Shown here: positions 48,380-50,988 of the stretch, piece by piece
How the letters are laid out: each line of letters opens with the position of its first letter
Position numbering within the stretch: the first letter of the stretch is position 1
Sequence record: ON185587.1
Reading direction: 5' to 3' (one strand)
DNA from: Escherichia phage EC167
Length of the DNA stretch: 50,988 nt
Notes under the pieces: model-generated
What the model saw: the letters and a program-made list of their open reading frames with translations, nothing else
Databases searched by the model: none
Told to the model about the DNA's origin: nothing
Translations under genes and position numbers: made by a program

Positions 48380-48562
48380 ATGAAAACTGGTATTATTATT
48401 CTTTTCCTGATCCTTTTCGGTAGCCATTTAACAATTAACTATGAGGGCATTATGGCCTTTTGGGGCAACTTGATGGTTTTTGCCGCTGGTTCAATTACTG
48501 GCTACTCTGACGGAAAAAAGGACGGCGTTCGCAAGATGCTGATGGGGCTTAAACAAAAATAA
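48380..48562 (+). CDS. small membrane protein
   Basis: ~60 aa from ATG 48380 (GAGGTGA RBS); hydrophobic IIILFLILFG segment. Confidence 0.4.
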   Translation: MKTGIIILFLILFGSHLTINYEGIMAFWGNLMVFAAGSITGYSDGKKDGVRKMLMGLKQK

Positions 48563-48573
48563 GGGGATCTGAA

Positions 48574-48864
48574 ATGGCAAACAAAACTTACCGCAAACTA
48601 CTGGTTAGCGCTTTTGAAAACATCGCGCAGTGTAACAAGTGGAACGACTCTAAACACTCGCCAGTCACAATGAAGCGCGCCGGATTCAAAAATGCTCGTT
48701 CATGGGCGCGAGCTTTCGCAGCTTGCTATATGCCGGATGGTGGACTAGGAGCGATGAACGATTTTTTGATCAACATGATAGAGGAAGCTGCGCGAGATGA
48801 TCGACCGCTGACACAGCGAGATTTTGACGACTTCGCGCGCGATGAGCTTTACTATCTGAGCTAA
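48574..48864 (+). CDS. hypothetical protein
   Basis: 96 aa; stop just before conserved motif. Confidence 0.4.
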   Translation: MANKTYRKLLVSAFENIAQCNKWNDSKHSPVTMKRAGFKNARSWARAFAACYMPDGGLGAMNDFLINMIEEAARDDRPLTQRDFDDFARDELYYLS

Positions 48865-48883
48865 TAGCACTTTTTATTAAAAC
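48863..48883 (+). promoter_or_regulatory. conserved intergenic motif variant (TTATTA form) + dyad
   Basis: AATAGCACTTTTTATTAAAAC then GGGCATTTGATAAAGTGCCC. Confidence 0.45.
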
Positions 48884-48939
48884 TTCCGCAAGGGCATTTG
48901 ATAAAGTGCCCTTATTGAAGCGAAACAGAGGAAAGCGCA

Positions 48940-49161
48940 ATGAAAATCAAAATCACCAAAATCGACACCATCAACGGCGACGGATCAATCACTCTTGAGC
49001 AATGCGGTTTGGTTGTTGGTGATGTGCTGGAGGTTGACGGTCATTTCAGCGACGGATCTTATTGTGTTATTGCGCCGCGTAACAGCGAGTTTATCAAGGC
49101 TGGCGATAATATTAGTGTTAACCATGACGAATGCGAGGTAGTAGAAAATGATCACGATTAA
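48940..49161 (+). CDS. hypothetical protein
   Basis: 73 aa, acidic. Confidence 0.4.
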   Translation: MKIKITKIDTINGDGSITLEQCGLVVGDVLEVDGHFSDGSYCVIAPRNSEFIKAGDNISVNHDECEVVENDHD

Positions 49162-49411
49162 CCTGTCAGAGCAGCAAGCGCGCATTATGTTAGCGGCCTT
49201 TGGCTGGCGAGATGATGACGGCATCCAGGCAACGGTTAAAATTCCTGAGCCAGTGGCGCGTGAAGTTTTCAGCCAGCTAGAACACGCATTTGATCCTGCT
49301 GGGACTGAGCAAGCGGAAACTGCCGCATGGTTCGGAGAGAACGGATACAGAGATCAGCAAGTCGAAAACTGGAAGCGCATAAACGAGACTATGGAGGAAT
49401 CAGGTTTATGA
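49148..49411 (+). CDS. hypothetical protein
   Basis: 87 aa, overlaps neighbours. Confidence 0.4.
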   Translation: MITINLSEQQARIMLAAFGWRDDDGIQATVKIPEPVAREVFSQLEHAFDPAGTEQAETAAWFGENGYRDQQVENWKRINETMEESGL

Positions 49412-49722
49412 TTTACATTCACTACTACCAAATAGGAACTAACGAGAACAAAAAAGAGCATCGTTTCATCCACGATGATTTGGACAAGGCAAAGGCCCAG
49501 CAACAGGTTTTAGGCGGCGTCATTCAGGCTTTTGAGCCTGTAGAAGATATTGAGTACCGCGAGCATTTAAAAGATGTTGTTATTGATGAGATCTCTTGCT
49601 TGATTGATGATATGACAAATCACGGCCCTGGTTCCCCGTGGGAAGACGCAGGATCTGTAACGTGGGACAAGGCCAAAATTAAGACGCTAAACAACTTTCG
49701 AGAGATTCTCGACGGTTTTTAA
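49408..49722 (+). CDS. hypothetical protein
   Basis: 104 aa from ATG overlapping upstream stop (ATGA); ORF-track start 49327 is upstream extension. Confidence 0.4.
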   Translation: MIYIHYYQIGTNENKKEHRFIHDDLDKAKAQQQVLGGVIQAFEPVEDIEYREHLKDVVIDEISCLIDDMTNHGPGSPWEDAGSVTWDKAKIKTLNNFREILDGF

Positions 49723-49920
49723 TTAAAAACGCATAGCCGTTAGAGCACCTCAATCGCATTCTAACGAGCTATTTTTCTGGTAAGGCGATTTAATGGATGA
49801 GTACAAACAACCTTCTCAGTGGTGCAAAGAGAAGCAAGAAGAGGCACTGGAGCGAGGAGATGTGGAAGAAGCTATGAACTATTTCAAACTTGCGGAAGAA
49901 TGGAAGGGGAGAGGATACTG

Positions 49921-50151
49921 ATGTTCGGCATGAATGAGGCGCAATTCAACGCAGCTAAACGCCAGGCTAAAAAGTGCGGCGAGGCGATGAAAGCGGATGT
50001 GGAAAAGCGCGGGAAGTATGTTGATGAAGTAATGAAGGGCATCATTGCAGAACACTACCAGCCAATCGCGCCAATGTTGACGATCACTCAATTCATTTGG
50101 CTATGTGGTTACTTGCGTGGACGTTGGGGGAACGCTTTCGACAGGGAATGA
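49921..50151 (+). CDS. hypothetical protein
   Basis: 76 aa from internal ATG (MFGMNEAQ...); a 42-aa ORF 49793-49921 may precede it. Confidence 0.35.
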   Translation: MFGMNEAQFNAAKRQAKKCGEAMKADVEKRGKYVDEVMKGIIAEHYQPIAPMLTITQFIWLCGYLRGRWGNAFDRE

Positions 50152-50313
50152 TTGACAACTCTTTCCTGATTGGTTAGCATGGTGTCGTTTACATAAGAGC
50201 GGCTTAGTCCGAACGCGTGACGCGATAGTCACACAGCAACGGCGATATGCAGGAGGTTTTTGCAACGCAAGATAATCCGTAAGACGTATCGCCTTTTTTA
50301 ATGGAGATCCAAA

Positions 50314-50547
50314 ATGATTAAATACAAATTAACCGTTTCTTTCCGTGATACCGTTATTCATCCTTTCTACAATAGCTTTGTTAACAGCTTTACAGTAGAA
50401 GCGACAGAGGATCAGCTGGACGGTGACGAAACTTACATTTCTATTGGAAATGTTGCTTACCCGATTCACAACATTACCAGCATTAAGCGTGAGGTTGTCG
50501 CTGATGAATTACAAAGTGAAGATGACGATCCGGCGAATGGGGCGTAA
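50314..50547 (+). CDS. hypothetical acidic protein
   Basis: 77 aa, acidic C-terminus; RBS GGAG. Confidence 0.4.
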   Translation: MIKYKLTVSFRDTVIHPFYNSFVNSFTVEATEDQLDGDETYISIGNVAYPIHNITSIKREVVADELQSEDDDPANGA

Positions 50548-50685
50548 TTGCCAATCATGCAAACAGGAATATGAATGCGTAGTTGATGCTCTTGATGAAC
50601 TGGAAGCAGTAGCAAAAGCAAAAGAGCAATCGGGCGCTAATCCTGAAACACATCAATTTTCGATTAACCTTGTGAGGGCTTTACA

Positions 50686-50910
50686 ATGATCGCATTATCT
50701 TTCTGCATTGGTTTTATCATGGCTATCATTATCTTTTCCGTTGTCATGCACTTTGCTTATAAGTTCGTGATTAATAAAGGTTGGTACGCTTCTGCAATCT
50801 GGAGCGAAAAACAAAAGAAATGGCTTGTACGTGGTCAATACCTGATGATCGGCAGCAAGATCCTAAATTCCATTCGAGCCAAAGATGGGAAAGTAAAATA
50901 TACAGCTTAA
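50686..50910 (+). CDS. small membrane protein
   Basis: 74 aa; N-terminal hydrophobic helix (IGFIMAIIIFSVVM); followed by terminator. Confidence 0.4.
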   Translation: MIALSFCIGFIMAIIIFSVVMHFAYKFVINKGWYASAIWSEKQKKWLVRGQYLMIGSKILNSIRAKDGKVKYTA

Positions 50911-50914
50911 AAAT

Positions 50915-50940
50915 CACCCGCCGCACGGCGGGTTTTTTAT
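50915..50940 (+). terminator. intrinsic terminator at end of early region
   Basis: CCCGCCG-CAC-GGCGGG followed by TTTTTTATT. Confidence 0.7.
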
Positions 50941-50951
50941 TGCCCGTTGTT

Positions 50952-50960
50952 TGGTATAAT
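50952..50960 (+). promoter_or_regulatory. extended -10 promoter (TGgTATAAT) for terS operon across the circular junction
   Basis: TG at 50952-50953, TATAAT 50955-50960, RBS AAAGGAGG at window end, ATG at position 1. Confidence 0.5.
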
Positions 50961-50988
50961 CAGGCATCTAACCAAAGGAGGATTAACA

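Noticed and set aside
50423-50689. 88-aa ORF overlapping the 3' end of the 50314-50547 gene
   Set aside because: No convincing RBS for any of its internal ATGs (50504, 50522, 50537); possibly a short real gene from about 50522 but unsupported.

Overview
This window reads as a complete, circularly permuted genome of a virulent T1-like siphovirus (Drexlerviridae-type), linearised at the terS start codon; its last 40 bp carry a terminator, an extended -10 promoter and the RBS for the first gene. All calls rest on motifs I could read by eye plus gene order and the supplied ORF track; no homology search was run and start codons may be off by a few codons. Layout: (1) 1-20187 (+) packaging, head and tail morphogenesis, including a G/GT -1 frameshift chaperone pair, tape measure, lambda M/L/K/I/J-like tip proteins; (2) 20216-21380 (-) a three-gene receptor-binding/superinfection-exclusion cassette ending in a Cor-like lipoprotein; (3) 21882-24163 (+) exonuclease, Erf and SSB; (4) 24197-26914 (-) side tail fiber with a C-terminal S74-type chaperone domain; (5) 27021-34232 replication and DNA metabolism (primase, HTH protein, DEAH helicase, VRR-NUC nuclease, Dam methylase, HNH endonuclease, metallophosphatase); (6) 34378-35476 lysis cassette (pinholin-like holin, SAR endolysin, unimolecular spanin); (7) 35491-41787 (-) an accessory operon with a DUF3987-like P-loop NTPase, a minimal cytosine-C5-methyltransferase-like protein, two more HNH endonucleases and a small paralogous protein family; (8) 42459-50910 (+) an early region of small genes including a dNMP-kinase-like and a HAD phosphatase gene. 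No tRNA, CRISPR array, integrase or repressor was seen. The most notable unexplained signals are an 18-copy conserved 21-bp intergenic motif (AATAGCACTTTTTGTTAAAAC) with a non-canonical promoter-like architecture, two homologous long AT-rich non-coding hubs (one with 10-bp-phased TAATCAT iterons), and the minimal methyltransferase-like gene with altered catalytic motifs in the HNH-rich accessory region.
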